From the NCBI RefSeq assembly GCF_009914755.1, contig NC_060926.1: a stretch of DNA of 64,000 bases. One strand, 5' to 3'. The stretch's first letter is position 1. Each line of letters opens with the position of its first letter. Made by a program: the position numbers and the translations under genes. The notes beneath the pieces are model-generated. The model saw only the letters and a list, made by a program, of their open reading frames with translations. It did not search any database and was not told the DNA's origin. This document shows positions 1-17,159 of this stretch, piece by piece. The stretch comes from the human T2T-CHM13v2.0 reference genome, Homo sapiens.

Positions 1-210
1 GAAAAGTTCTCTCGTACATTATAGCTGCATTTCTTTGATTATCAGTGAGGTTGAATTTCGTGTTTATCAACAATTTGTATTTTTCCTATGAATTGCCTGT
101 TTGGTTGTTTATATCCTTTGTCTGTTTTTATTTTGAGCTCTTTTTCTTATTGATATGAAGGAGCTATTTGTGTATTGTGAGTATTAATCCTTTGTAATAT
201 ATATTTTTGA

Positions 211-1513
<1,303 letters not shown>

Positions 1514-2179
1514 CCTGCTGTTACTTCTTATAAGTGAATAGCCAAGTTCCCTATTGCCTATGACAGCATTAATATGAGTAACAAACAGCAAAGACTCCAG
1601 CTTCTAATCATATTTGAGGTAGTGAAAAGGAGTCATTTGTACCTAATTAATTTTTACCTGTCAGATTGGGGTACATTCATGTGGATTTAGGGTAGAAATA
1701 ACCTTTTTGGGTTGCAACTTTAGAGAAATCGTTTGTGTTATTAAGGGAATTAATTAAAGGCCAGCCTTCCAGAGAAAGCGAGAATTGAGGTAGGGTTAGG
1801 ATGGGCTTGGGGAGGTCTAGCCAGTATGGAACTTTCCTGGACATTCGCGAAGTTCATCTCCTGGGTCACAGGATGTACAACTACCCATTTTACATTCTTA
1901 TCACTCTCACTCACTCATTTTCTGATACTTGTTGAGAATCTTTATCCCATGCCTGCCAAAGGGAGATTGTGCTGTGTTAAGGAATGCAATCAATGAAGCT
2001 TTTATCACAGTAGTATGTCCAGGGTTAGTTACCTGACACAAGCTTTTAGGGAATGTAATTGTCACAGGACCTGAGGCGATATTTTTAATGATTGTTCAGT
2101 TTGTTTTTTTGTTATTTTCTGCTCTGAGTAAAGTTTTCTCTCATGTATTGAGATGCTTTTTTTTCTCTTCACAATATAG

Positions 2180-2300
2180 CAAATGGAAAGGGGACAATAG
2201 CAGTGTCAGTTCCCTATGTATCAGCCCAGATGGAAAGATGTTGCTTTCAGCTGGTCGAACAATCAAACTATGGGTTTTGGAGACCAAAGAAGTCTACAGG
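2180..2300 (+). CDS. WDR43: WDR43 exon 4 (121 nt; (C)[40 protein letters not shown])
   Basis: Acceptor tatag|C, donor AGG|gtgagc; WD40 repeat sequence. Confidence 0.96.
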
Positions 2301-2536
2301 GTGAGCGAATCAAATTATTTGTAAGCATAAAAATTATAGAGTAAACACAGAGAAAGGCAGAAGTTTGAACCATAAGATATTATTTTAAGAATACAAATTC
2401 TTCATTGTCAGGTACATCAAATAGTTTAGTGGATAAAAGTTAGCCTCCTAATCTGATTTGTTGATGTTAAAGAGACTAGACATGTCTACTTCAAACGTAT
2501 TGGAAAAATGAACGGAACCAATATTCAAGAAACAAG

Positions 2537-3082
2537 ATTTTTTTTTTTTTTTTTTTTGAGATGGAGTCTCACTCTGTCACCCAGGCTGGAGTGCAGTGGC
2601 GTGATCTCGGCTCACTGCAAGCTCCGCCTCCCAGGTTCACCGCCATTCTCCTGCCTCAGCCTCCCGAGTAGCTGGGACTACAGGCGCCCGCCACCACGCG
2701 TGGCTAATTTTTTGTATTTTTTAGTAGAGACAGGGTTTCACCGTGTTAGCTATGATGGTCTCGATCTCCTGGCCTCGTGATCTGCCTGCCTCGGCCTCCC
2801 AAAGTGTTGGGATTACAGGCGTGAGCCACCGCGCCCAGCCGAAACAAGGTTTTTTTAAAATTTAAATTTTATTATATACACCAACTATGTATCCACAAAA
2901 AAGAAAGTTACCTTTTAAAAAACAAAACAGATTTTGAGACAGGGTCTCTCTCTGTCGCCCAGGCTGGACTGCAGTGACGCCATCATAGCTCATTGCAGCC
3001 TTGACCTCCCAGGCTCAAGCGATGTCTCACCTCAGCCTCCTGAGTAGCTGGGAGTATAGGCGCTTGCCACCAGGCCTAGCTC
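2537..3082 (-). mobile_element. AluY (~2537-2840, TSD gaaacaag) plus an AluJ/FRAM arm (~2930-3082), intron 4
   Basis: AluY diagnostics (gcaagctcc, cacgccatt-like). Confidence 0.88.
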
Positions 3083-3249
3083 AAAAAAGATTTTCTTAAT
3101 AAAAAAGTTTTTACTATGTGATGATTATGGTAATTTTGATTTCTAGCCTACATCCAGCATTTAGTCCACTTACTGTATTTGACTGTGGAGATTTAGTATT
3201 ATATTTTTGGAGGAGGAAAAAGCTTTCACTCAGGGCTTACGGAATATTT

Positions 3250-3336
3250 GGTGCTGTGATGATGCCTTAATATTGTGGTTTCGACTCACTGAGAGTAAAA
3301 TGAGGACCTACAATTCCTTGGCTGTGTCTGAGCACC
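3250..3336 (+). ncRNA. SNORD92: Box C/D snoRNA SNORD92 (HBII-316), intron 4
   Basis: C box GTGATGA 3256-3262, D' CTGA, C'-like ATGAGGA, D box CTGA 3328-3331, terminal stem GGTGCT/AGCACC. Guide TTCCTTGGCTGTG is complementary to 28S ...CACAGCCAAGGGA; the D+5 rule gives the A usually called Am3846 (old numbering). Confidence 0.95.
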
Positions 3337-3655
3337 CAAAGTATGCCTTTTAAAATGGATAGAATTAAGTGAATCTTTAATTCAAGAATGTAAGAAACAA
3401 AGGTGCGGAGTGGTAGGGTCATGGGAGTTAGAAGGAACATCTAAATTTTCAGTATTTTCAGATGGATTTTTTTAAAAAGTGGGAGAATTATAGCACAAAT
3501 AACCTTATTTGCTTAGAATTGAATTGAACAGTTACTTCATCGTGGAGCTCTCCTTTCCGATATGTATCACATATGGCTTGTTTTGATAATATATACTATT
3601 AATTTTTGTCCCTGCTTTGAATCTGCTCTCCTAACTGAGATTTAACTTTCTCTAG

Positions 3656-3795
3656 CATTTCACAGGACATGCAACGCCAGTTTCGTCACTGATGTTCACT
3701 ACCATCAGACCTCCTAATGAGAGCCAGCCCTTTGATGGAATTACAGGTCTTTATTTCTTATCTGGAGCAGTACATGACCGGTTACTTAATGTCTG
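3656..3795 (+). CDS. WDR43: WDR43 exon 5 (140 nt; [14 protein letters not shown]...AVHDRLLNV(W))
   Basis: tctctag|CAT, donor TG|gtatgt; GH...W WD motif; phase fits exon 6. Confidence 0.96.
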
Positions 3796-4085
3796 GTATG
3801 TAGTTCTTTTGGATTTGGGAGGTAGCATTGAAAGAATCTGTCAGAGCTTATGTAGTTAATGTAAATTATGAATATGGGACTTTATTTGTTGTATCTAATG
3901 TTGGATTTACATTGAGTCATAATAAAAAATTGAGCCTGCCTACAAAACAGATCTTTCTGAGAAAAAATTAAGTGCATTATGTATTAAAGCCTCCTGTGCT
4001 TGTTTAGTGATACAGTGGACTGAACATTTCTGTGGTTGGGCAATTTAGAATATCTTTTAAAAAATTTAGAAAGACCTTTGATTTT

Positions 4086-4165
4086 GAAATATATGGCACC
4101 ACTGGGTTAATGCAGTAGTGTCTGTTTATGGAGGGCATAAAATTGCTTGGCTGTCTCAGAATTTC
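4086..4165 (+). pseudogene. Putative decayed SNORD53/SNORD92-family snoRNA copy, intron 5
   Basis: CTTGGCTGT guide core followed by a mutated D box (CTCA). The preceding ATGGAGGGCATAAAATTG aligns to SNORD92 ATGAGGACCTACAATTC, and the 5' part aligns loosely to SNORD53B. C box degenerate. Manual alignment only. Confidence 0.55.
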
Positions 4166-4201
4166 CAGTAACTCCTTTTTGCAGTAGCTGCTATTAACTA
4201 G

Positions 4202-4556
<355 letters not shown>

Positions 4557-5579
4557 TTAAAGAAATTTCCTGGATTTTATTGCAGCATCTGATGGTGAAG
4601 TTGGCTTGAAAAAAAAACCACCTTGCTGTTTATGGACAGTTCTCATCTTAGTAATAATTAGTTGAGCATGCTCTTCACCATATAAAGTTACTATGAATTT
4701 ATACAAGATAATACTCATTTAGAAGTGGGGCTCATCCAATATGTATTCCTTAAAAAGGTAGTTGTGTGGGGGTCAGAAGTCAAAATGTGGGCCTCTGTTT
4801 ACCTTCAAAACCACCAGCAAAACCATAATTCCTAATTATGTCTCTTGTAATTAAACGGATTTGGTTTTGTTTCGTGTTTGATTTTTGGGAAGAGCCAATG
4901 GAGATAAATTCTTTTAGTTTTAGAGGGTCTAACAATTACATAAGAAATCAGTAGTGCTAAAAAATTAAAATCTACTACCAGGGTCCCCTGGCATTATTGA
5001 GTTGCTTCAATCTCAAATGTTTTACCGCTTAGGCTTCCTCATACCTAGGAGTCTCCAGCTACAAAATTTCATTAAATAAAATAAAAGTTGCTTTATGTTA
5101 ATCTTAAGAACCTGAATAGTGTCTATTATATGTGGGTGCTTCCTGGAATAAAGGAAGTAAACTTAAAATTAATCACACACACAAAAGGAAAATGTTAAAA
5201 CCCATATTGAAAAGCTGCCCAATGAGCTGTGTAAATTTGCATGGGGATAGGTAGAGCGGGCCTAAAGTTCCCTGATAATTTCCTTTGAAAGACACATTTC
5301 TGTGGATATAACATTCGAAGGCTTCTTGCTGAATGAAGATTAAAAGATAAATCAAACCCCAGTACTATCTTCTATTGATTGGTTAAGATACTGTGCATAG
5401 TGGTCTGATGGCAGAGATTTTGAGCATACATGAATGACTTCATGTTAGAATGAATGTTACTAAGAATTTTTGCATGAAAACATTTATAATTTATCAGATC
5501 AACTCTTAATTTTCTTCTGAACTCCAAAGAAGCTGATTTGAATCGTGTTTGTAAATCATGTTTGTTAAGTATTATTTTT

Positions 5580-6150
5580 TAAAATTTGTACCTAAATTTT
5601 AAAAACAGCTATATTGAAGTATAGTTGACATGTAATGAACTGCACATACCAGAGTGTACAAACTGATGAGTTGTAACATACATATACATTGTGAAACCCT
5701 CACCACAAACAAGATAATGAATGTGTTTCCTCATGTCTTCTTGTAATCTCTCAGAGACTTGTTGACAGGTTTTGGGCCATTACAAATACAATTGCTATGG
5801 ACATTTTTTGTGTACAAGTCTTTATATGGACATGTGATTTCATTTCTTTTGGGTAAATACCTAGGAGTGTAATGGCTGGATCATGATAGGTGTACGTTTA
5901 GCTTTTCAAGACATTGCCAGATTTTTTTTTCAAGATGGTTGTAGCATTTTGCATTTTTACCAGCAGTGTATAAAAATGAAAATTCCTTCACATCCTCATC
6001 AACACTTGGTATAGCATTTAATTTTAGCCATTCTAATAGGTGGGTAGTGGTATTTTGTGTTGTTAAATTGGCTTTCTCTAATGGCTGGGATGTTAAGATT
6101 CATGTTTTTGCATTATGGATATCCAGGGATCCCAGTATCATTTGTTGAAA
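5580..6150 (-). mobile_element. Old L1 (L1M) fragments
   Basis: L1 3'-region motifs (gggtaaatacctaggagtg, ttttagccattctaatagg). Confidence 0.7.
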
Positions 6151-6249
6151 AGATTATCTCTGCTGACTTGGTTTTGCATATACCTCTCCCCCTATAACCC
6201 CGAACACCTACACACACCCACACATCCCTGCACCCACACGCTTATCCCT

Positions 6250-6925
6250 ATATCGGTTCTCGTTGTTTATAATTGTTAAGTCCTATAAAGTCCCCATGAA
6301 CACTGATTTAGTCAATAACATTACTCCTTGGGGAAATAGCTTAGGTTCCCATGAGCCTCCAGTTGTAACATTTTTTTCATCTATTTATTTTTTTGTTTAT
6401 ATTATTTATATTGTAAAGGTAGCCAGCTTGTAACATTTTTGTCATTAATATATAAAACCTTGTTTTATGTTTGTTTCTATTTAAAGATATCTTATTTAAT
6501 GCATATGTTTTTGATTGATTAACTTTGAATTCAGAGCACTACAACTCATGTCTGAGTGAAGCTTATTTAACACATATTTTCACTGTAAGGCACATCCCAG
6601 TCTTCTTGTGCTTAGGAACACCATAGAGCACTTCAGAATTATGCTTGGGGGCCGTTGTAATTAGTGAAATCTCCAAGAAAGCACAAAAATGCAAAAAACA
6701 TGGTGCTAGGTGAACTACTTGTTGATAGTATGAGAACGGCAACAGGAAGGCAGAATGTAGCTACCTTAGCTGAAGACATTGAATGTGTTAGGCAACTCAG
6801 ATTTTTCACTAGTCTACACCCCTGAAGGAGCATAAAATTGTTACAGTGATTTTGAGGTTACAAATAAAATTTTGCAAAAGATGACTTTGCAAGTAAGGAA
6901 TCCATGAATAATGACAATCAACTGC
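6250..6925 (+). mobile_element. MER82-like TcMar-Tigger DNA transposon relic
   Basis: Resembles the MER82 consensus as I recall it (gtaaggcacatc..., gaatccatgaataatga...caactg end). Confidence 0.7.
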
Positions 6926-7481
6926 ATATGTGTGTATATATAGGTCTGTTTCTGTGCTCTTTACTCAATACCGTTATAATGTTAATTCTCCCCAAATTGA
7001 CCTACAGATTCAACGCAGACGCATTCAAAATCTTAGGCTTTTTTTGAGAAATTGACAGACTGATTCTAAAATTCAAATGGAAATAACAAATGACAATAGG
7101 CAAAATCATTTTGAAAAAGAAGAAAATCATTGGAAGACTAAGATTGATTTCAAGACCTATTATCAAGCGGCACTAATCATGACAGTGTGGTATTAGTGTC
7201 AGGATAGACAGACAGATCAATAGAAAAAAACAGAATGTTACTCATTGTTTAAATCTGCCACAAATGCATTATTGCTTTCTCTTTTCTCAAGCAACCATGT
7301 TATATGGTAGTGACATGGATGCTTCCGTTGTTTTGATCTTTAGTCACTTTACTAGTTTTCAAAAGATGACAAAGCTATTGGGAATCTCATGTGCTGATCT
7401 CCATGCCTCCTTAGGTGTTTGCCTTTTTAGGAAGAAAATTAAATCTGTCTTGCTATCTAACTTGCTGGTTTTGTTATCTAG

Positions 7482-7584
7482 GCAGGTCCGATCAGAAAAC
7501 AAAGAAAAGAGTGCAGTGATGTCATTTACAGTTACCGATGAACCTGTCTATATTGACTTAACTTTGTCAGAAAACAAAGAAGAG
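7482..7584 (+). CDS. WDR43: WDR43 exon 6 (103 nt; [34 protein letters not shown])
   Basis: atctag|G, donor GAG|gtaaat. Confidence 0.95.
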
Positions 7585-7898
7585 GTAAATGGCTCGATTT
7601 TTGAGAATTTGTTTTTGGGTTTCACAGATGTTATTTTTACAGTCAAGGTTTTGATGATTTAATGACTTGAGAAATAGAGAGGACCTGAGGGAGTAACAAC
7701 AAACTGTAACAAATTTTAGACTGTTCAAAGGAACTTAAATCACTGTAATAATCTCTTATGGGGGAAGGGAAAAGTTTGTACAGGACGGTAGTAAATTCAG
7801 GAATTCATTATGTGAATTAAGAAAAGTTGTTCAGGTGGATTTTGTTACTAGGAGTATGTATATATGATTCTTTAATCAGATGAAATTGTTGGTGATAG

Positions 7899-11596
<3,698 letters not shown>

Positions 11597-11977
11597 CTCC
11601 CCTGACAACTGTCATGTAGCACTAAACGTCAGAAAGAATGAAATTTTCTTTAATAAAATCTCTCCTTTCTGAGATTTCTTATTTTTAAATACACCAGTAA
11701 AGAATTTTAAACATTTTCAAAGTTGTTTTTCACAACAAAAGTTAGTCTCTTTTTTCTAGTTTTTAATTGATATATTACAGTTGTGCAAAGTTAGTCTTAA
11801 AACACTTTATATATTTCATTTTCTCTCAATGTATTGGCTCCTCCCTGAATTCTCTCATTACCTTTATAATTAGAGTAGGAATAGCAGTGTTTTGGAAGTG
11901 CTTTCATTTAAGCTTTCCTTAAGAAAGTTCCAGAACTTTAAAAAATGAGCTTTAGAGAGGCTGACAGCAAGAGTCTG

Positions 11978-12160
11978 GTAGGTAGGAGCATGCAGAGAGC
12001 CTAGGCCACTCACATTGATAGTGAATGGAGGGAGAGAGGCAGCGAGGGCTTACAACAACCCTTTCTAGGTGGTAGGGGCATCTCCAGACAGCTTAGGCCA
12101 CTTACATTGACCGGGGATGGAGGAAGAGAGGCGATGAGGTCTTACAACACCCCTTCCTAG
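11978..12160. repeat. Diverged two-copy tandem duplication, period about 92 bp, intron 6
   Basis: TAGGCCACTcACATTGA...ATGGAGGgAGAGAGGC...CTTACAACA.CCCTT.CTAG occurs at 12002 and again at 12094. Confidence 0.85.
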
Positions 12161-12509
12161 CCATACAGGCAAAATGGCTTTTTCTGTATTCCCGGCAAGA
12201 GGGGCATGTCAGCTCCATGTTGCCAGCCTTTGCACTTGGTAGTAACTTTGTTCATCTAACTTGGAGGGCTCATTCTCCTTGACTGTTCTCTTCTTGGCTT
12301 AAACATTTATCTAGAATCTTGACAACACCACCACTAATGGTTATTTTGACAGAGGTAATTATTTTTAAATGGATTCTTGCTGTGTTTTTTTTTTTTTTTT
12401 TTTTTCTGGTTGTGTAATGGGGTGGGAAGGACAGCTGAGTTTTCATAAGTTAGATTGGGGACTGGAGTATGTTATCCATTATAATACGTTGGTTACATTT
12501 TTCTTTTAG

Positions 12510-12574
12510 CCTGTCAAGTTGGCTGTTGTTTGCAGAGATGGTCAAGTCCATCTTTTTGAACACATATTAAATGG
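12510..12574 (+). CDS. WDR43: WDR43 exon 7 (65 nt; PVKLAVVCRDGQVHLFEHILN(G))
   Basis: ttcttttag|CCT, donor GG|gtaagt. Confidence 0.95.
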
Positions 12575-14572
12575 GTAAGTAAGAAATTTTCCAAGTAAGA
12601 AATTTGTTTCTTTCCCTGACTTGTTACTTGGTCATACTCCCACCTGGTTATTCTTTGCATCATATTACTATTCAGCCAGATTATTTTGAAAGCATTTTTC
12701 TTTATCCACATGACTATATACATTGCCAGTTAAAACTGGGTGTCAAATTTATATATTTGTGATTAGGAGATTGGCTTTTTATGATGTATCCTTAGTACAT
12801 GTTGGATAATTCTAATGATACATTTCAGAAGAAAGTGGCTAAGCTGGAGAGATTCACTTGTGAACCTTGATGATGTTTTATTTATCTTTGAGCGTGCTTT
12901 ACTTCCCCTTGCCAGTGCTGTTGTTTTGATAGACAGGGGAGTATTGTTGTCAGGTTGTGTAGCAGTCATAGACCAGGAGTCAGCAAACCGGCTTGCAGGC
13001 CACATTCAGTGGAGACCATTTGTGGTCTGGAGAACCTGAAATTTTTATTATTTTGCCCTTTTCAGAAAACTTGCCAAACCTTGTCATTATACTGTAAACA
13101 TGGTCTGAGACTCAGTTTTGCGCACAAATTTTGTTAAGCTTTAAAATGGTTTTAACCTCTTGTTGTCAGTTGGCACCCTTCTTTTAAGATACCAGTATAG
13201 GAATTTATTTAAATATAAACAGATTATGAAAAAAGTGTATACTCATTTCAAAACACCCAGGATGCCCAAACACTTGATTTTAAAACCTGAGTCTCCCTCC
13301 ATTGAGTTCTGCTCCTATAGGTAACTGTTAACATTTTAGTGTGTAACTCTTGAAGCTTTTATTTATAGAAGGATGTGTGTACCTGGAATGTATAATTGAG
13401 ACTCAGAAGAAGTGGGACCCAAAGGTAGCTGGCCACAGTGAGGACTACCTGGGCAGTGGCAAACCATTGAAGGATTTCAAGCAGAGGATTCGATGAGCTT
13501 TGGCCTGAGTTTTAAGACAGTCGTTCATTGAGAATAGACTATAGAGGTTGAAAGGCTAAAGTAGAGACCCCAAATCCTGGGTTTAGAGATAGTTGTGGAG
13601 TCAGGATGATAGGAGGAGTAAGTTGGAAAGATAGGGATCATGAGATGCTTACACCTGGGATATTATGCAGGATGTACACTTGTGGAGAATAAGTGGTAAT
13701 AAGATGCGTAGGGTGTGAGGAGTTTGTGGCTGAAATACAGTGAGGGGCATGTTCATTTGAGAAAGGAGTTGACAGATCAGAGTGTCAGGAGTGTCCATCA
13801 ACCTGGACACTGGGTGTGGAAACCACTAAGAAAGGAATTCATTTAGAGTAATGTTAGAAGTAATGACCTCAAGCCACTGAAATCTTTACGAAATGTGGAT
13901 GGTGGCAGAGATCATTGGATGACGGCAGGAGGGAGTGGTAGCTGGTATCTGGTGACAACAATTGAAAAGATTTTAGGGACGAAAAAGGGATAGACTATTG
14001 TCTTGAAGTGTCAGTGAAGAGCAGGGAACTTATTTATATCATGTCCAAGGCCCCTGACACAAATGGTATGGGAGAGAAAACAGGTACAAGTTGGGAGTGC
14101 TGCAGGGACAAGCCAGGGTAGAGGAAGAATGTGAAGAGAGCCCCTAGAGAAGCCATTGAGGACACAATTTTGCTGCTGGAACTACACTCCAGAGGCTTGC
14201 TGAGGCTTTTGGGGGTTGGGAGAAACTGGAGACGGGACTGACTGGAACAGGGCTTGGACAGAACCATACAGGACCTGAAGTACAGGGTGGCAAGAGAACG
14301 TTTGGCAGCTTGGGGCTTCTTGGCGGGGCCTGAAAAAATGGGACAGAGGGGGAAGTAGGTCTCCAGTCTGATTTTGGTGGTGAGGTTTTGAGTATAGGTA
14401 GAGGTAGGTGAGGTCTTGAAAGGAGTACTCATGCTCCGGAGACCCAGGTGACTCCTGATGGCAGTATAGAGGCTAGAGGGGGGTCACATTTCGTGACTTG
14501 ATGTCAGTTCCAGAGAGTTAGTATGAGACGTTTTTTCAAATTCTTTAATCTCATTTCCCCCTCCATTTCCAG

Positions 14573-14744
14573 GTACTGCAAAAAGCCTTTGACTTCAAAC
14601 TGCACAATTCAGATAGCAACACCTGGGAAAGGCAAGAAGTCAACACCAAAACCCATCCCTATTCTAGCTGCTGGTTTTTGCTCAGACAAAATGTCATTGT
14701 TGCTTGTATATGGCAGTTGGTTTCAGCCTACTATTGAGCGAGTG
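14573..14744 (+). CDS. WDR43: WDR43 exon 8 (172 nt; [10 protein letters not shown]...WFQPTIERV)
   Basis: atttccag|G, donor GTG|gtacgt. Confidence 0.95.
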
Positions 14745-14899
14745 GTACGTAGCTGCTACTCTGGAGTAAAGCAATATAGCATCCCTGTGTCCATGGAAGA
14801 GAGTGATTTTAAAAATAACAACATTGGTCTTTAAGATAAATAATATATTCTTTTTTAATTAAAGGATTTCTTCATGGAGTGGTTTATTTTAATTTTGAG

Positions 14900-15100
14900 A
14901 GCTCTATATCCAACATAATTTAACACCTGGTCAGTTTAAAGCATTGTTTGAGTTATTTATATCAGCCCTCTCCCTTGGTACTATGTTTTAAAAATCTGGT
15001 GTGTATTTTGCACTTCTAGCACATCTCAGTTTGGACTAGGCACATTTCAAGTGCTCAGTGCCACATGTTCCTAGTGTCTTACTAGTTGGTCAGTACAGGT
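14900..15100. mobile_element. MER3/MER33-like hAT-Charlie relic
   Basis: Motif gcacatctcagtttggactaggcacatttcaagtgctcagt...ccacatg. Confidence 0.6.
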
Positions 15101-16058
15101 ATGACTTATGTTGAATTTTGCCTAGTTACGAAGATATGAATCTTAATAATAGGATCTCTTAGTATTAGCACTCATTGGATTTTCTAAGTGGAAATGTAAT
15201 GGGCAGTGCAATGATTTAACATTGTTTACTACAGACGTTTCTTGAAGACTTCTGAGTTATCGTAAGCATGTACAAAAGGTTATTTCTTAAGCTTGCATTT
15301 AAAATGCGTTTACTTCGTATGATCCTCAGCAAGACTATGAGTGGAATATTACATGCTCACACAAGCATACGTGCATATGGTTTAATTAAAAAAATAAAAA
15401 AAGGAGAAAAGTGTTAAGCTGTAAACATGGCTCCTTGCCATATGTGAATTCCATCCCTCTCTGTTTGCAGCCATTGTTGACTATTTTTTTGCATCTTTCC
15501 CGATATTGATTAATTACATGGGCATATAGAATTATGTATCACTTTAAATCTTTATTGGTTTGCTGCATCTGACTCCCCCGATCCTATTTAATATCGTGTC
15601 AGGACATACAGATGCATTTTGTTAATCAACAGTGCTACCTTTGACTTGCTTATGGAAAGGACAATAGGAGAGTTAAGAGTAGAACCATTTACTATTTTGA
15701 GCAGACTGTTTCTTAAAAGGATGATGAACTGATACGTTTTCTTTAAAACCTGTTACGTTTAAAAATTCTGTTGACCTTTAAAAAATAAATGTGAAAAATT
15801 CAAGCAGTTCATAGCTGAGGAAAGTAAACCTTGGTACCCAATGTCTTCAGAATTACCATTTTTCTTAACTGCCGTCAGTCTGAGTGGTGATCGTGGTTAA
15901 CAATTGAGTGTGGAAGTCTTCCATACTTTTTAATATTTTATAAAAATGCACAAGTAGTCATTTATTTTTCATTTTGTTCTTATTCCCAGTTGCTTTGTTT
16001 GACACTCTTTTTTTTTTCTTTCCTCTCATCTTCCCCTTTAAAAAAAATATATTTTCAG

Positions 16059-16145
16059 GCTTTAAACTCCAGAGAACCTCATATGTGTTTAGTAAGAGAT
16101 ATTTCAAACTGCTGGGCCCCCAAAGTAGAAACAGCTATAACAAAG
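16059..16145 (+). CDS. WDR43: WDR43 exon 9 (87 nt; [29 protein letters not shown])
   Basis: ttttcag|GCT, donor AAG|gtgagc. Confidence 0.95.
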
Positions 16146-16657
16146 GTGAGCACATTACAAATTTGAAGTTTTAAGAAAAAGAATATTTCTTTGGGTGAAT
16201 GGAACTGTTACTTAGTATTATGATTAAAGTGAGTTTTTTATTCTTTAATATCTTTATTCTCTTGTCTTATAAATTTTGTGGGATTATGGTTTTAGATGTC
16301 AAGATTGTACTCCTGATTTGTTGAGTGAATGAATGAATAGAAGACTAGCAGTTGAAGACCTTGGATGTGGTTCTTCCCTGCCCACCATGCATGATCATCT
16401 GGGCCAGGAAGAATGTAGGGATAAATATCAATATCAGATTTATCAGTAGATAGTTTTTATCAATCTCAGTACTTAAAAGAGCATTACTTTGCTGAGAGGA
16501 ATGCTGTATTTCAGGGTGTAATAAAACCGTCATGGGGCTAGAATATAATACCACAAAAGCATAGGAGCATCATCATGGTGCTCCATTTTGCATATAACTT
16601 GGTGTCTACATGTAGGGGACGTGTTTCGTGGTTTAGTGAGAAAGGGAAAGCCAAGAC

Positions 16658-16735
16658 ATGCTATGATGACATCCATATGGTTTCGCTGCTGGCTGAGTTT
16701 CAGAGATGACACCTTTCTCTTGGCTGTCTGAGCAT
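16658..16735 (+). ncRNA. SNORD53: Box C/D snoRNA SNORD53 (U53), intron 9
   Basis: C box ATGATGA 16663-16669, D' CTGA, C'-like GAGATGA, D box CTGA 16728-16731, stem ATGCT/AGCAT. Guide TTCTCTTGGCTGT targets the C two nt 3' of the SNORD92 site (Cm3848, old numbering). Confidence 0.95.
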
Positions 16736-16829
16736 TTCTGGCAGAGATTGAATTCTGGAGGTAGTTGTAAAATGTGTAACTTCACTTTTTAAATTTTTAA
16801 AAATCATTGTGTCTTTATGTAATCTGTAG

Positions 16830-16931
16830 TTTTTTAAAGCCAGTTGAATTTAGTAGTGGGGGCTTGTATACCAACGTTAGTGACACTAAATATTTAATAA
16901 GTTCTGATAACCAACTACTGTCAGGCCAGTC
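16830..16931 (-). pseudogene. Y4 RNA (RNY4) retropseudogene with short A-tail, antisense in intron 9
   Basis: Reverse complement GACTGGCCTGACAGTAGTTGGTTATCAGAACTTATTAA...TTAGTGTCACTAACGTTGGTATACAAGCCCCCACTACTAAATTCAACTGGCTTT matches hY4 over its full length with scattered substitutions. Confidence 0.92.
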
Positions 16932-17159
16932 GGATTTTACTCTTATGTGGTATTGTAAGCTTTAAATTCACAGTCTTTCAGATTGTCACTTAAAAAGTTT
17001 GTCAACATTCAATTTAAAATATATCTTAAATTGATATCAAGTTAATTATATTGCATTTTTCCAATAGAGGAGCCCTTTAAAAGCTGTTTTCTCATTGAGG
17101 ATACTTAAGGACTAAGGTATGATTTCCTTTTTCACACTTTGGCTATTCCTGTTGAACAG

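Noticed and set aside
12261-12300. TTGGAGGGCTCATTCTCCTTGACTGTTCTC, resembling the 3' half of the snoRNA family
   Set aside because: No C box, D box, GGTTTCG element or terminal stem; the similarity is too short to separate from chance.
15721-15820. ATGATGA...CTGA pair in intron 8
   Set aside because: No terminal stem, no C'/D' boxes and no rRNA-complementary guide.
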